A stretch of DNA of 64,000 nucleotides from Candidatus Poribacteria bacterium (GCA_003635315.1 PYJD01000040.1:65276-129275), one strand, 5' to 3'; counted from the stretch's first letter, positions 29,162 to 41,449 are shown. Notes: generated from the sequence alone by a model not told the origin. Program-made: numbers and translations.

Positions 29162-30298
29162 ATGAAAGCAATACTCGCATTAGCTGACGGAACAATTTTT
29201 GAAGGTGAACAATTCGGAGCAACTGGAGAAACTGTAGGTGAAGTCGTATTTAATACCAGTATGACAGGCTATCAGGAAGTTCTTACCGATCCGTCATATA
29301 AAGCACAGATTGTTACAATGACATATCCTCTGATTGGGAATTACGGATGTAATGAAGCTGACATTGAATCAATCTGTGCACAGGTTGAAGGTTTTGTTGT
29401 CCGTGAGTATAGTACTTACCATAGCAATTGGCGTTCACAATGGAGTTTAGAGGAATACTTAAAAAAATATAACATTATTGGTATACAGAACATCGACACC
29501 CGCGCCCTTACACGACGTTTACGTGTAGAAGGTGTGATGAATGGATGTCTCGCAACAGAACATACCGATGAAAAACTCAACACAGAATCCTTAATTGAAA
29601 AAGCACGGGCATGGCACGGTCTAATTGGTCAAGATCTCGTCAAACGCGTCACTTGTCCAAATACATATGATTGGTCAGATCAGTCTCCTGCCACAGGTTT
29701 CGAAAATGGTGATCCTTTACACAATAACAAAAAGTTTCATGTGATTGCTCTTGATTACGGTATAAAATACAATATTTTAAGACAGTTGACTGAACATGGG
29801 TGTGATGTTCAAGTCGTACCTGCAAATACAACTGCCGATCAAATTCTTGATTCAAACCCAGACGGTGTATTCCTCTCAAATGGTCCAGGGGATCCAATGC
29901 CATTGGACTATGCAACAAATACAATACGTGAACTGATTGGTAAGAAACCGTTATTTGGAATCTGTTTGGGACATCAACTATTAAGTCTCGCACTTGGTGG
30001 AAAAACATATAAGCTTAAGTTCGGACATAGGGGAGCAAATCAACCTGTAAAATTTATGGAAACCGAACAGGTAGAAATAACTTCCCAAAATCACGGTTTC
30101 TGTGTAGATATAGATTCATTACCAAATACTGTGGATATCACACATATCAATTTGAATGATAATACACTTGAAGGAATTCAACATAGAGAACATCCTGCAT
30201 TTTCGGTTCAGTATCATCCTGAAGCATCTCCGGGACCTCATGATGCAAGTTATCTCTTTTCACGGTTTACTGAAATGATGAAGAATCAATCAATATAA
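29162..30298 (+). CDS. carA: carbamoyl-phosphate synthase small (glutamine amidotransferase) subunit
   Basis: About 378 aa with 'GEVVFNTSMTGYQE' and the GATase triad region 'LFGICLGHQLL...H'. Confidence 0.9.
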   Translation: MKAILALADGTIFEGEQFGATGETVGEVVFNTSMTGYQEVLTDPSYKAQIVTMTYPLIGNYGCNEADIESICAQVEGFVVREYSTYHSNWRSQWSLEEYLKKYNIIGIQNIDTRALTRRLRVEGVMNGCLATEHTDEKLNTESLIEKARAWHGLIGQDLVKRVTCPNTYDWSDQSPATGFENGDPLHNNKKFHVIALDYGIKYNILRQLTEHGCDVQVVPANTTADQILDSNPDGVFLSNGPGDPMPLDYATNTIRELIGKKPLFGICLGHQLLSLALGGKTYKLKFGHRGANQPVKFMETEQVEITSQNHGFCVDIDSLPNTVDITHINLNDNTLEGIQHREHPAFSVQYHPEASPGPHDASYLFSRFTEMMKNQSI

Positions 30299-30378
30299 TA
30301 TGTACATCTAATCGGTCAGATGAACATATTAAAAGTATAAGAAAATAGAAATGAAAATCAAAACAAGATTATAATAAG

Positions 30379-33300
30379 ATGCCAAAACGAACAGATATTA
30401 AAAAAATCTTAATTATTGGTTCAGGTGCGATCATTATCGGACAAGCATGCGAATTCGATTATTCTGGCACACAAGCATGTAAAGCACTCAAAGAGGAAGG
30501 CTATGAAATTATTTTAGTTAATAGCAATCCAGCTACTATTATGACAGATCCAGATTTTGCTGATCGTACCTATGTTGAACCAATTACACCGGACACTGTT
30601 GAACTCATCATAGATAAAGAACGTCCGGATGCATTGTTGCCAACTCTCGGTGGACAAACTGCATTAAATGTTTCTGTTCAACTTGCTGAGTCTGGTATAC
30701 TTGATAAGTTTAATGTTGAACTTATTGGTGCCAAATTACCAGCAATTCAAAAGGCTGAAGATAGGGCTCTTTTTAAAGATGCCATGAAAAAAATCGGTCT
30801 GGATGTGCCTAAGAGTGGGATTGCACATACAAATGAACAAGCCAATGACTTGATTGATGAAATTGGATTCCCCGCGATAATTCGTCCCGCTTTTACGCTT
30901 GGTGGTACTGGAGGTGGTATCGCCTATAACATTGAAGAATATCATAAAATGGTGACTACCGGACTTGCTCTAAGTCCAATTAGTGAACTACTTATTGAGG
31001 AATCTATTATAGGATGGAAGGAGTTTGAATTAGAGGTGATGCGAGATGGAGCTGATAACGTCGTTATAATATGTTCCATTGAAAACTTTGATCCGATGGG
31101 AGTACATACTGGTGATAGTATAACGGTTGCCCCCATACAAACATTGACTGATAAAGAGTATCAATTGATGCGGGATTCTGCCATAAAAATCATACGGGAA
31201 ATTGGGGTCGATACTGGGGGATCGAATATACAATTTGCTGTTGATCCAAAATCAGGAAAACAGGTGGTAATTGAAATGAATCCTCGGGTTTCTCGAAGTT
31301 CAGCTCTTGCATCAAAAGCTACCGGTTTTCCTATCGCTAAAATTGCTGCAAAGTTGGCGGTTGGATACAATCTTGATGAGATTCCAAACGACATTACTGC
31401 TGAAACTCCTGCTTGTTTTGAACCTACTATTGATTATGTTGTCGTAAAAATACCAAGATGGGCATTTGAGAAATTTCAAGGTACAGATGAAACCCTTACC
31501 ACACAAATGAAGTCCGTTGGGGAAGCTATGTCTATTGGTAGGACTTTTAAGGAAGCATTACAGAAAGGCTTACGTTCCTTAGAAACAGGATGGTGTGGAT
31601 TTGACAATCATCCTATTGAAGATTTGCCACTTTCAGAACTTTCCAGTAAATTGACAATACCAAATGTAGAACGTATCTTTTATATCAAATCCGCTCTAAA
31701 ACGAGGTATGTCAATTGACGAAATCTATTCCTATACACATATAGATCCCTTTTTCTTATATAACCTTCAAGAGATTGTAATCTTTGAGGATCTTCTTTCT
31801 ACGCCTCATACACAAGAGAAAATTGAGAATGGAGATTCTGACAGTGACGTAGAACCCCTACTTCGACAAGCAAAACAATATGGATTTTCTGACAGACAAC
31901 TCGCAGATATTTGTAATCAAACTGAAGCTGAAATACGAGCAACACGTAAATCTCTTGGTATTGAAGCAACATATAAAACTGTAGATACTTGCGCTGCGGA
32001 ATTTGAAGCTGAAACACCATATTACTATTCTACCTGCTCAAGTGAAGATGAAGTGCGACCGACTGATAAAGATAAAATCATGATATTGGGCGGTGGTCCA
32101 AACCGTATTGGACAAGGTATCGAATTCGACTATTGCTGCGTCCACGCTGCAATGGCTCTAAAAGACGACGGTTATGAAACCATTATGGTGAATAGTAATC
32201 CTGAAACTGTAAGTACGGATTATGATACATCCGACCGTCTGTATTTTGAACCATTAACATGTGAAGATGTACTGAATATATATGATAAGGAAAAACCTAT
32301 AGGTGTCATTGTTCAATTTGGTGGACAGACTCCGTTAAATCTCGCTGATTCACTTGAACAAGCAGGTGTTCCAATTATTGGCACAAGTCCGCAAGATATT
32401 GCTCGTTCTGAAAACCGCCAACTTTTTAAAGAAGTATTAGATGATATAGGTCTAATGCAACCACCTAACGGAACAGCAACCTCAATTAAGGAAGCTGTCC
32501 CAATCGCAGCAGCACTGGGTTATCCCGTTATTGTAAGACCTTCTTTTGTTTTAGGTGGTCGTGCAATGCAGATCGTGTATGATGAAACTCTTCTTCAAGA
32601 ATATATGGATTCCGCTGTACAAGCATCACCTGAACATCCAGTTCTCATTGATAAATATCTTGAGGAAGCAATTGAAGTGGATGTGGATGCTATCTCTGAT
32701 GGAAACACAACTGTAATTGGGGGGATCATGGAGCATATTGAAGAAGCAGGTGTTCATTCAGGCGATAGTGATTGTGTGCTTCCTCCATATACCCTGGTTG
32801 ATGATCAGATTGACCAACTTAAGGAATATACATACGCCCTCGCAAAAGCTTTGAACGTGTGCGGATTAATGAATGTTCAATACGCTATAAAGAGTGATGA
32901 GATCTATGTTCTTGAAGTAAATCCGCGAGCATCTCGAACAATTCCTTTTGTTAGTAAAGCAATCGGTGTTCCCCTCGCTAAACTCGCCGCACGCGTTATG
33001 GCTGGAAAAACTCTTACAGAATTGGGTTTTACTTCGGAAATTGAACCCCTATATTTTAGTGTAAAAGCTCCTGTATTTCCTTTTAATCGATTCCCAGGTG
33101 CAAATTCAAGACTCGGACCCGAAATGAAATCAACCGGTGAGGTTATGGGGATTGATTATGATGTATCACGTGCTTTCGCCAAAGCTCAGAAAGCATGTGG
33201 TTATTCTCTTCCTTTGAAAGGGAACGTCTTTATTAGTGTCAGGAATAAAGACAAAAGATCGGTCATATTTTTAGCAAAAAAACTGACTGATTTGGGGTTT

Positions 33301-33612
33301 GAACTTATAGCAACACATGGAACTGCGAAAGTGCTATTACGAAATGGGATGGACGTTGATCTTGTCTATAGTATAGGAAAAGGGAGACCTACTATTCACG
33401 ATTATATAAAAAATCATGCCGTTGACCTAATTATAAATACTCCTACTGGCGATTTGCACAGGACTAATGAACTCCTAATCAGACAGATGGCAATAGAGCA
33501 TGATATTCCAATATATTCAACAATTCCAGGTGCTGCTGCGGCTGTCAATGCAATTGATGTACTACAACGTGGTGAAATAACTGTAACACCATTACAAGAT
33601 TATCATAAGTAA
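30379..33612 (+). CDS. carB: carbamoyl-phosphate synthase large subunit
   Basis: 1077 aa with a duplicated ATP-grasp ('[19 protein letters not shown]' and '[18 protein letters not shown]') and a C-terminal MGS-like domain. Confidence 0.95.
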   Translation: MPKRTDIKKILIIGSGAIIIGQACEFDYSGTQACKALKEEGYEIILVNSNPATIMTDPDFADRTYVEPITPDTVELIIDKERPDALLPTLGGQTALNVSVQLAESGILDKFNVELIGAKLPAIQKAEDRALFKDAMKKIGLDVPKSGIAHTNEQANDLIDEIGFPAIIRPAFTLGGTGGGIAYNIEEYHKMVTTGLALSPISELLIEESIIGWKEFELEVMRDGADNVVIICSIENFDPMGVHTGDSITVAPIQTLTDKEYQLMRDSAIKIIREIGVDTGGSNIQFAVDPKSGKQVVIEMNPRVSRSSALASKATGFPIAKIAAKLAVGYNLDEIPNDITAETPACFEPTIDYVVVKIPRWAFEKFQGTDETLTTQMKSVGEAMSIGRTFKEALQKGLRSLETGWCGFDNHPIEDLPLSELSSKLTIPNVERIFYIKSALKRGMSIDEIYSYTHIDPFFLYNLQEIVIFEDLLSTPHTQEKIENGDSDSDVEPLLRQAKQYGFSDRQLADICNQTEAEIRATRKSLGIEATYKTVDTCAAEFEAETPYYYSTCSSEDEVRPTDKDKIMILGGGPNRIGQGIEFDYCCVHAAMALKDDGYETIMVNSNPETVSTDYDTSDRLYFEPLTCEDVLNIYDKEKPIGVIVQFGGQTPLNLADSLEQAGVPIIGTSPQDIARSENRQLFKEVLDDIGLMQPPNGTATSIKEAVPIAAALGYPVIVRPSFVLGGRAMQIVYDETLLQEYMDSAVQASPEHPVLIDKYLEEAIEVDVDAISDGNTTVIGGIMEHIEEAGVHSGDSDCVLPPYTLVDDQIDQLKEYTYALAKALNVCGLMNVQYAIKSDEIYVLEVNPRASRTIPFVSKAIGVPLAKLAARVMAGKTLTELGFTSEIEPLYFSVKAPVFPFNRFPGANSRLGPEMKSTGEVMGIDYDVSRAFAKAQKACGYSLPLKGNVFISVRNKDKRSVIFLAKKLTDLGFELIATHGTAKVLLRNGMDVDLVYSIGKGRPTIHDYIKNHAVDLIINTPTGDLHRTNELLIRQMAIEHDIPIYSTIPGAAAAVNAIDVLQRGEITVTPLQDYHK

Positions 33613-33620
33613 GGAAAATT

Positions 33621-34409
33621 ATGTCAAACGAATCTACTCGAAGAAATACGCGTTGGGTACAAGCTCTTGATAGATTGTTACAAGTCCTTAATCTTGACGA
33701 AGACCATCCCATTAGAATTATGACCATTGATGATGGACGCGAAGTAATTGTCGTAAAACCGAATGCGTTTACTGTTTCAAGATTCTATGCTTCTGGACGA
33801 CCAGACGGAACACGACCACATGGTTTGGAATCATATTATGAATACTACATTACTCAATTAAAACAATATGAAGAGGATAATGGATCAACAGACGGTTTCG
33901 AATTAACTGATGAGGAATGGCAAACATTATTTGACGAATCCTTTCATAGATATACACGCTATCTATTGTTCGCAGGAATTAAACGGTGGAAAGATGTCGA
34001 ACGTGATACTGAGACGAATATTGCCGTTACAAATTTAGCTAAGAAATTTGCACCATCGGATATTGCATGGCTAAGTTATCAATATAAAGGTTATATGATA
34101 ATGATGAATAGTATTTCAAAAGCCGAATTAAGCCTGCAACAAAATGATACTACTAACGCATTACAGCATATAGATGAAGGTATTGAACAACTTGGTGAAT
34201 TCTGTGGAGAATGTCTACGAGAAGAACATGGGGATGCAGAGAATATAACTCGTGAACGATATCTAAGTAATCTAATTGAATTTCGTTCGGATTTAGAAGC
34301 TATCGGGACAGATGATAGTAACGATGAAATGACAAATACTGAAAGAGAGGATACAGATCTATTGACCGAATTAGAAAGACTTTTAAATGATGCCGATCCC
34401 ATAGAATGA
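33621..34409 (+). CDS. acidic hypothetical protein (starts 9 nt after carB stop)
   Basis: 262-aa ORF with a Glu/Asp-rich C-terminus. No recognisable family. Confidence 0.5.
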   Translation: MSNESTRRNTRWVQALDRLLQVLNLDEDHPIRIMTIDDGREVIVVKPNAFTVSRFYASGRPDGTRPHGLESYYEYYITQLKQYEEDNGSTDGFELTDEEWQTLFDESFHRYTRYLLFAGIKRWKDVERDTETNIAVTNLAKKFAPSDIAWLSYQYKGYMIMMNSISKAELSLQQNDTTNALQHIDEGIEQLGEFCGECLREEHGDAENITRERYLSNLIEFRSDLEAIGTDDSNDEMTNTEREDTDLLTELERLLNDADPIE

Positions 34410-34525
34410 GAATAAGTGTTTGGACATTGTACCAATTTACCCCCAATTAACCTATTTCCACAATCAATTTTACACAATTCTCTAAAATGTATCCTCTATA
34501 ATTGCCATCCATATCTATAATTGGT

Positions 34526-35143
34526 TTAATCTTCCCATTCAGTTAAATTGGTTTCCCTACTGGCTTGCATCAATACACCACTAAGAAACAAAAAAGCAAG
34601 ACCACGGATCAATATGTGTATATTGAAATTCACTCCTGGTATAAACGGAATTGCAAATGAAATTGCTGAGATAATTAGCAAAAATGCTGAACCGGTGTTA
34701 CCCCATATTCCAATTGAGAATCCAAAACATAAAGCCATAATAGCATAGGTAAAACCTGCTGTAAGGGTTAATGACTCATTTAAATCTAACCATATTTTTG
34801 TGAATACACTACCAAATTCATGTTGTGATACCGCTTGTCCCAGGACAATCTTCAATGGCGACGTTTGGGTGAGGTGTGCAATTAATTCTAATATGACCCA
34901 AAGGGTAGCAAAAGCTATTCCTATGAGCGTACCTGTTCTGGCTTCGTTTAGTACTAAAACTGTGGTGGCAACCAAAGTGGGCACGATCAATAACATCATT
35001 ACCACACTCACTCCGTGCATTATATCTGGACGATCACTATTGTGAAACATAAACATAAATCCTGTAAATATCATCAAAAGTGCTGCCAGAATTCCTGTTA
35101 TACCGCCAGTTAAAAACAAACTCTTTGAACTATTTTCTGTCAT
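34526..35143 (-). CDS. hypothetical integral membrane protein (6 predicted TM helices)
   Basis: 205-aa ORF with highly hydrophobic helices. It is divergent from the NtrC-type regulator. Confidence 0.5.
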   Translation of the reverse strand: MTENSSKSLFLTGGITGILAALLMIFTGFMFMFHNSDRPDIMHGVSVVMMLLIVPTLVATTVLVLNEARTGTLIGIAFATLWVILELIAHLTQTSPLKIVLGQAVSQHEFGSVFTKIWLDLNESLTLTAGFTYAIMALCFGFSIGIWGNTGSAFLLIISAISFAIPFIPGVNFNIHILIRGLAFLFLSGVLMQASRETNLTEWED

Positions 35144-35539
35144 TAATAGACCTCCAAGATACCATTGTAGATTGAAAGAAATTACTAATTAAAATATTAG
35201 TAGGGTAAATAAACATCATAGAGAATATACGAAAATAAAAAATATAAAGACATTGAATATAGACATTAATATTAAACTATGTATAGTATATTCCCTCTAA
35301 TAAGTATACAAAACTAAATGTTCTAAGTCAACAATCATAGGAAAGTCATACGAATTCACTGGACAATTGAACCCTTCTTTCGGAAAATTATTGCTGTTGA
35401 CGTATACTAATACATCAGATATAATTTAATTAGCATGTATTTTATGCATTATGTGCATAATTTGAAATGTCTACTTTCACAATATACTTCATGTCTTACA
35501 TGCATTCAATATTACAAAATTCATACCGGTGGGTCGAAA

Positions 35540-36967
35540 ATGAATCTTCAGAAAAACGTTCTAATTGTTGATGCTGATATACGTCAACGAGAAGTAATCT
35601 GCCAAACATTAGACGGTGAAGGACTAAACCTGATCGTCACTGGTAATATGTACCAAGCTTTCCATCAAATTGAACACATGAAGATGGATATCTTGATCGC
35701 GCCATTAAAGGCAGAACGTATTGACGGATTTGCTCTATTGGAGGCTGGAACTCGACACCATCCTGATGCAGGTATTATTTTTATTACAGCACCAAACGTG
35801 TTAGAAACAGATACTGGAATTCGAGCCATGCTTTCCCATGAAGGTACATACTTTATTCCAAAACCTATAAATCCCACACATTTAAGAGTACTTCTAAATA
35901 AAACTCTTCAAAATCAAAGACTTACCTTTGAAAACCGGCAGTTACGATCGCAGATAGATGAAAAGGAAGGTCTATGCAGACTCACGGGAAATTCTCCACA
36001 ACTGATACAGATTCGGGAATTAATTACACAGATTGCCCCTACGAAGGCAACCGTCATGATTTATGGTGCTCGTGGTACAGGTAAAGAATTAGTGGCGCGG
36101 GCAATACATCATAGAAGTTTACGACAAGGAGCATTAATTGCGTTTAATTGTGCCACTTTAAATGAGAATTTGGCTGAATCAGAACTCTTCGGACATGAAC
36201 GAGGAGCTTTTAGTGGGGCATATAACCAACGAAAAGGTAGGTTCGAACTCGCACACGGTGGAACTCTTTTCCTTGATGAAGTTTCACAACTAAGTCTCTC
36301 TAATCAATCCCGATTATTACGGGTGTTAGAAGAACGCGAATTTGAACGGGTTGGTGGTAGTAAAACTATACAGGTGAATGTACGTATTATTTGTGCTACC
36401 AATCATGATTTAGAAGCCGCTTGTTCAAAAAGAGAATTCTTACCTGATCTATATGATCGACTGAATGTTGTTTCTGTTAATCTACCAGAACTCCAACAAC
36501 GAATTGAAGACATTCCATTATTGGTTAAAGATTTCCTTGAGGAATTTAGTCGGGAAAATAATAAAACTTTGAGAACTCTTACACCAGAAGCAGTTCGATC
36601 CCTAATGAAATACGACTGGCCAGGAAATGTACGGGAATTAAAGAATTGTATTGAAGGACTGGTTGTTATGTCTACACAAGAAACATTACAATTGACCGAT
36701 TTGCCGGAACGGATATTAAAGGCTTCAGGAGGAATAGATTCAACTATTTCCTATGCCCCTACTTTACACCAGAACCAATCAATAGAGAATGAATCACAAC
36801 AATTTGATGTTTCTATCGGGATGACTTTGGAAGAAATAAATAAAGAAGTATTACGGGCTACATTAGAATATACTGATAACAATAAAGCAAAAGCTGCAAA
36901 AATACTCGATATTAGTAGACGGACTATACAACGAAAATCAAAGGAATACGGTCTATGTGATGATTAA
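35540..36967 (+). CDS. sigma-54-dependent response regulator (NtrC family: REC + AAA+ sigma-54 activator + Fis-type HTH)
   Basis: About 475 aa from '[13 protein letters not shown]'. It has Walker A 'GARGTGKE', the GAFTGA-region variant 'ERGAFSGA', 'ESELFGHE' and a C-terminal '[17 protein letters not shown]' HTH. Confidence 0.85.
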   Translation: MNLQKNVLIVDADIRQREVICQTLDGEGLNLIVTGNMYQAFHQIEHMKMDILIAPLKAERIDGFALLEAGTRHHPDAGIIFITAPNVLETDTGIRAMLSHEGTYFIPKPINPTHLRVLLNKTLQNQRLTFENRQLRSQIDEKEGLCRLTGNSPQLIQIRELITQIAPTKATVMIYGARGTGKELVARAIHHRSLRQGALIAFNCATLNENLAESELFGHERGAFSGAYNQRKGRFELAHGGTLFLDEVSQLSLSNQSRLLRVLEEREFERVGGSKTIQVNVRIICATNHDLEAACSKREFLPDLYDRLNVVSVNLPELQQRIEDIPLLVKDFLEEFSRENNKTLRTLTPEAVRSLMKYDWPGNVRELKNCIEGLVVMSTQETLQLTDLPERILKASGGIDSTISYAPTLHQNQSIENESQQFDVSIGMTLEEINKEVLRATLEYTDNNKAKAAKILDISRRTIQRKSKEYGLCDD

Positions 36968-36999
36968 ATAGGATTTCTCTATGTTATTCTTACCTTAGA

Positions 37000-37779
37000 T
37001 CAACTATATTTTATTTTATTTTCATAAGACCGTTTATAATATTCCCTCTCTTTTAAACTTGAAGCAGCCGCTTCATCAATCAAAAACACAACATCCGGAT
37101 GCATTTGTAAGGCTGTTGCCGGTACCATAGCACTAATCGGTCCCTCAATTGTCTTGGCAATGGCATCTTTTTTATTTAAGCCACTCGCTAATAACAGACA
37201 TTGCTTTGCATCTGTTATTGTACCAATTCCCATCGTAATCGCCATCTCCGGAACTGCATTGATATCATCCCCAAAATGGACTGCATTGGCTTCGAGTGTA
37301 CTTTTCGATAAAGTTGCTATACGAGTACGAGAAGCAAATGATGACCCCGGTTCATTAAACCCTATATGTCCGTCTTTCCCAATTCCGAGAACCTGTATAT
37401 CAATACCACCACATCTTCTAATAGAATCTTCATACTCTTGGCAAAATGACACATGGTTTTCAACTATATTCTGTGGTAAATACTGATTTTTCTTTGGTAT
37501 GTTTACATGATTAAAAAAATGCTTATTCATGAAGGTATGATAACTTTGGGGATGATCCTTCGGTATCCCAATGTATTCATCCAGGTTAAATGTAATAACC
37601 TTTGAAAAATCTACACCTTCTTCCTTATGCATTTGCACAAGTAATTTGTAAAGTCCAATTGGGGTACTTCCCGTAGCTAAACCTAATACGAGATTTGGTT
37701 TTCTAATTACTGCCTTACGAATAACATTCGCAGCAATTACAGATAATTTCTGAGAATTGGGTTGAATAATTACTTCCAT
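37000..37779 (-). CDS. nagB: glucosamine-6-phosphate deaminase
   Basis: 259 aa with 'GLATGSTPIGLYKLL' and 'VITFNLDEYIGIPKDHPQSYHTFM' NagB motifs. Confidence 0.9.
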   Translation of the reverse strand: MEVIIQPNSQKLSVIAANVIRKAVIRKPNLVLGLATGSTPIGLYKLLVQMHKEEGVDFSKVITFNLDEYIGIPKDHPQSYHTFMNKHFFNHVNIPKKNQYLPQNIVENHVSFCQEYEDSIRRCGGIDIQVLGIGKDGHIGFNEPGSSFASRTRIATLSKSTLEANAVHFGDDINAVPEMAITMGIGTITDAKQCLLLASGLNKKDAIAKTIEGPISAMVPATALQMHPDVVFLIDEAAASSLKEREYYKRSYENKIKYS

Positions 37780-37793
37780 CGGAATTGAAAGAG

Positions 37794-38582
37794 TTATACC
37801 TCCCCGGCAATAATTTTACTCATATCACTGCTAATTTTATTCAATGTACCTTCAGGATCATCCTGATCTACAGGTAATTCTGCAGTCATATAGTCATCAT
37901 AACCTACATCATTCAATGCTGACATTACTTCATTCCAATCAATTGTGCATTCATCAATTAAATATGTAAACCGATGTTCGTTGGAATTAAAGCCTTTCAC
38001 ATGCACCTTAGAGATGCGACTATTGAGAGAACGTATCCAGTGTTGTGGAAATCCGTAGGCAACAATATTTCCAACATCAAAATATGCCGAGACAGATTCA
38101 CTCTCAAATTCATCAAGATACTTGGCAAACTCCATTGGACTTAATAGGAATTTGTTCCAGACATTTTCTATTGCTATGGTAAGTCCTTTTTCCTGAGCGA
38201 TCGGAATTAACTTTCTAATTTCTTCTTGTGAACGTTCGTATGCTTCTTCATAAGTTGTATTTGGGTTAACTACTGCTGCAACAAGCAACACTGTATCCGC
38301 ACCAATAGTTTCTGCTGTTTCCAGAGATGTAACGACAGCATTCCGAGATTCTTCACGTACAGTAGCATCAGCGTCTGAGAGCGGATGAGACCAATGTTTC
38401 CCATTCATAACGCTACACAATTCTATATCATTTTCGTCAGCAAGTTGTTTAATTTCAAGTCGTTGTTCCTGAGTTCCCAAAGGACCTATTTCTACTCCAT
38501 CAAACCCAGCATCTTTGGCATTTTTAAATCTTGCTTCAGTATTACCCCCTGGTACGGAACCAATACATATTCCTTTTTTCAT
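37794..38582 (-). CDS. sugar phosphate isomerase/epimerase (xylose-isomerase-like TIM barrel)
   Basis: 262 aa AP-endonuclease-2/TIM-barrel family pattern (…AIENVWNKF…HVKGFN…). It lies 14 nt upstream of nagB on the same strand. Confidence 0.7.
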   Translation of the reverse strand: MKKGICIGSVPGGNTEARFKNAKDAGFDGVEIGPLGTQEQRLEIKQLADENDIELCSVMNGKHWSHPLSDADATVREESRNAVVTSLETAETIGADTVLLVAAVVNPNTTYEEAYERSQEEIRKLIPIAQEKGLTIAIENVWNKFLLSPMEFAKYLDEFESESVSAYFDVGNIVAYGFPQHWIRSLNSRISKVHVKGFNSNEHRFTYLIDECTIDWNEVMSALNDVGYDDYMTAELPVDQDDPEGTLNKISSDMSKIIAGEV

Positions 38583-38898
38583 TTATCCCCTCTTTAAATA
38601 ATATCTGAGATCAAAATTAATTTATGATTTCAATATTAAGTTTGCTAAAAACGAAACGCAATTTTAATAAAACATTAGAATCATTAAATCTCAATAACGT
38701 GAGACTCTTAAAACTAAATAACCATGTTTATTGTAATACTCTATGGAATTGATTTCAACATTATATTATATCAAAATTATTGAATATCAGACGATAATAA
38801 TAAGAACACATCATTTGGTAAATACATTATTTTTTGTAAATTTATGTCTTTTTAATCAATCACAACAGTAATACATATACTATCGTTATGTTTAAAAT

Positions 38899-38928
38899 GT
38901 TACACTTTTTGACACATTGTGTGTCATT
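38899..38928. promoter_or_regulatory. repeat-family core motif site 3 (short inverted fragment), about 315 nt upstream of and co-oriented with the isomerase-nagB operon
   Basis: 'ctatcgttatgtttaaaatgttacactttttgacacattgtgtgtcatttgaaattg' is identical over 35 nt to the site at 3177-3211. Downstream similarity to repeat block D (cccgccagtcctacactgg). Confidence 0.5.
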
Positions 38929-39662
38929 TGAAATTGTGCTATCCCGCCAGTCCTACACTGGTTTTACAGCCACTTTTTTCAGGTAAGTAGAATTTACCAA
39001 AATGATGAATATTGTGTCTTTTACTCTTTTACATGTTCTCTGACTTTTGTTCTTTTGGATGGGCGATATTATACGCATCCATACTATCATAATCCATTTG
39101 ATCTGTCTGAATTTTATTTTCAATACACATTTATTCCTTAACATAATTTTTACGAGACTAAAGTATAGATATAACCACACTTGACTACAGAAATCTCTCC
39201 TTTTTGTTTAGCAAAAGTATAGTAGAACTACACAATATAATATTATATCTATTTATTTCTATTATGGCAACTCTTTTTAAATATTTTGATTAATCCTTTA
39301 GTTGTAAGCTGTTTTGGTCTTCTTCATTTTATTTTGAGTATTTTATAGTACATCTCACTAATCATATATTTGATTAGTATACCATTTTAATAATCGTATT
39401 TCCATTAACCGTTGTAAAGAAAGGCGGGAATCGGAATTCCTGCTACACAGGAGAGTGTGATAATGACATACCATTTAATGAGACGCAGCCAGATTGGATA
39501 GAGGGACCGTTGTCCGTTTCTCCGCATGGGAAATTGCCATCGTTGTGGGAGAGAAAAAACAGAACTTTTCACAGTAGATTTTATGCAAAATCAACAGAAA
39601 ATCCTACAGACAATAAGTTCTTTGGGTAATAACATATCTAAGAAATGGTATAAGACTCTTAT

Positions 39663-39697
39663 ATAAAAACAAAAAAGGGCAACTTCAGAGTTGCCCC
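39663..39697 (-). terminator. intrinsic terminator of LamG paralog 1 (minus strand)
   Basis: On the minus strand: GGGCAACTctgaAGTTGCCC followed by TTTTTTGTTTTT. Confidence 0.75.
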
Positions 39698-39715
39698 TTC
39701 TATGTTATTTAGTAC

Positions 39716-40501
39716 TTAGTCTCTATTGGACTTTATCTGCCCCCAAGATGTTGCCAGTTTATCCGTAGGTTCTACAGGAAGAAGATCTCCGTCCATAACA
39801 CTTTGTACTTCATCAGCATCAAGTGCTCTGTCATATACATATAGATCGTCAATATAGAATGTAGCTGCTCTATAGCCTGTTTTACCAATGTATAGTTTTT
39901 CAGCTCCTTGTGCATGCTTGGCAGGAACACCTATCTTCAATTGTTCTTCACCATTAATATAAAAGTGTAAAGTACCATCTTTCTTAATACCTGCAACATG
40001 GTACCACTGTTTCAATTCAAATAAACTACCTTCACCGGTTGGACCAGCACAACCTGTTCCTTGGTTTCCAGGATTGAAACGCCAATGTATATTTAATGAA
40101 TTTGGACAGATCCAGATCCCAGGTGATCTATCTGAACCAGGAGCTTTTTTCGCAATTATTTGACTCCAGGCACCGTTGTGCGCAGAAATGAAGTTTAACC
40201 AAAATAGGTAACTATTATCTTGATAATCTTCCAATTCTTTGAATGAATTTACCTGGACATCCGCATTGGCATCTCGAATTTCAAGTGAGCCTTTACCATA
40301 TTTTTTCTCACCAGTTGATATATCAGCATTCCCAACTATATTCGCATGGTTTCCACCGCCAGTTTCATCTTCGATTTTTCCTCCATCCTCTCTATCAAAA
40401 CCGAAGTATAAGATCAAACCCTGATCTTTAACCGCAGCAGGTGATGTCTGAATTGCCACAAATAGTAACAGTATTAATAGTGTATATATTGTATATTTCA
40501 T
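39716..40501 (-). CDS. secreted LamG-like (Laminin_G_3 / concanavalin-A-like lectin) domain protein, paralog 1, with C-terminal LATTWG tail
   Basis: 261 aa with a signal peptide. It has 'LILYFGFDREDGGKIEDETGGGNHA' and 'DDLYVYDRALDADEV', which are LamG jellyroll signatures. The C-terminus is 'LLPVEPTDKLATSWGQIKSNRD'. Confidence 0.75.
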   Translation of the reverse strand: MKYTIYTLLILLLFVAIQTSPAAVKDQGLILYFGFDREDGGKIEDETGGGNHANIVGNADISTGEKKYGKGSLEIRDANADVQVNSFKELEDYQDNSYLFWLNFISAHNGAWSQIIAKKAPGSDRSPGIWICPNSLNIHWRFNPGNQGTGCAGPTGEGSLFELKQWYHVAGIKKDGTLHFYINGEEQLKIGVPAKHAQGAEKLYIGKTGYRAATFYIDDLYVYDRALDADEVQSVMDGDLLPVEPTDKLATSWGQIKSNRD

Positions 40502-40630
40502 TTCATTCCTCCGTAGTCAGATTAAACCATTTCAGTATTGATTAAATATCCTATATTAGGTATAAAGTAAGTAAAAATGATAATAAATATAGGGACAGTA
40601 CATAATCTGTCCCTATATTATAGATTGTAA

Positions 40631-41449
40631 TTAATCTCTACTTGTCTTGACCTGTCCCCAAGTTGTTGTAAGTTTAGCTTGAGGTTGGACAGGAAGTAGA
40701 TCACCATCCATCACACTTGCCACTTCACCCTCATCAAGGGCACGGTCATATACATAAAGATCATCGAGAATAAACTTTGCTGAGTTATATCCCGTTCTTC
40801 CAATGTATAACCGCTCATTGCCTTGGGCATGGTCGGCGGGAACATTGTTTTGCTGCGTCCGTTTACCATTTACATAGAATGATATCTGACTACCTTTTTT
40901 CGAACCAGCGATATGATACCATTCACCTATCTCAAAAACAGAATCCTCACCAGTAGGACCTGCACAATGGGGACCTTGGTTACCCGGGTTAAATCGCCAA
41001 TGGATATGAAGAGGTATACGGCTACATGTCCATATACCTGGTGATCGATCTGAACCTGGAGCCTTCTTTGCAATGATCTGATCCCAACCCCCAGAGTTTG
41101 CTTTTGTGAAATTAACCCAAAAAAGGAATGTATTATCCTGATAGTCTTCTAATTCATTAAATGAATCTACCGTTACGCTTGAGGTATTTGAATCGCATAA
41201 TAACGCACCTTTGCCGTGCACAACATCATCAGTGACAATTTTCGCATCAGCAACAATTGTCGCATCATTTCCACTACCAGTTTCATCAATGATCTTACCA
41301 CCACTCTCTTTGTCAAAACTGAAGTAGAGGATTAAACCGTCGTCTTTAACAGCCGCACTTGCAGTGTGTAGCCCACCTATAAATAGGAATAGGACTGACA
41401 AATATACCAGTAATTTCATTTTTACCTCCGTGATTGAGTTATGCTCCAA
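40631..41449 (-). CDS. secreted LamG-like domain protein, paralog 2, with C-terminal LATTWG tail
   Basis: 272 aa (possibly starting at the internal MKLLV). The conserved core 'QIIAKKAPGSDRSPGIWTC...HIHWRFNPGNQGPHCAGPTGE' is shared with paralogs 1 and 3. The C-terminus is 'LLPVQPQAKLTTTWGQVKTSRD'. Confidence 0.75.
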   Translation of the reverse strand: MEHNSITEVKMKLLVYLSVLFLFIGGLHTASAAVKDDGLILYFSFDKESGGKIIDETGSGNDATIVADAKIVTDDVVHGKGALLCDSNTSSVTVDSFNELEDYQDNTFLFWVNFTKANSGGWDQIIAKKAPGSDRSPGIWTCSRIPLHIHWRFNPGNQGPHCAGPTGEDSVFEIGEWYHIAGSKKGSQISFYVNGKRTQQNNVPADHAQGNERLYIGRTGYNSAKFILDDLYVYDRALDEGEVASVMDGDLLPVQPQAKLTTTWGQVKTSRD

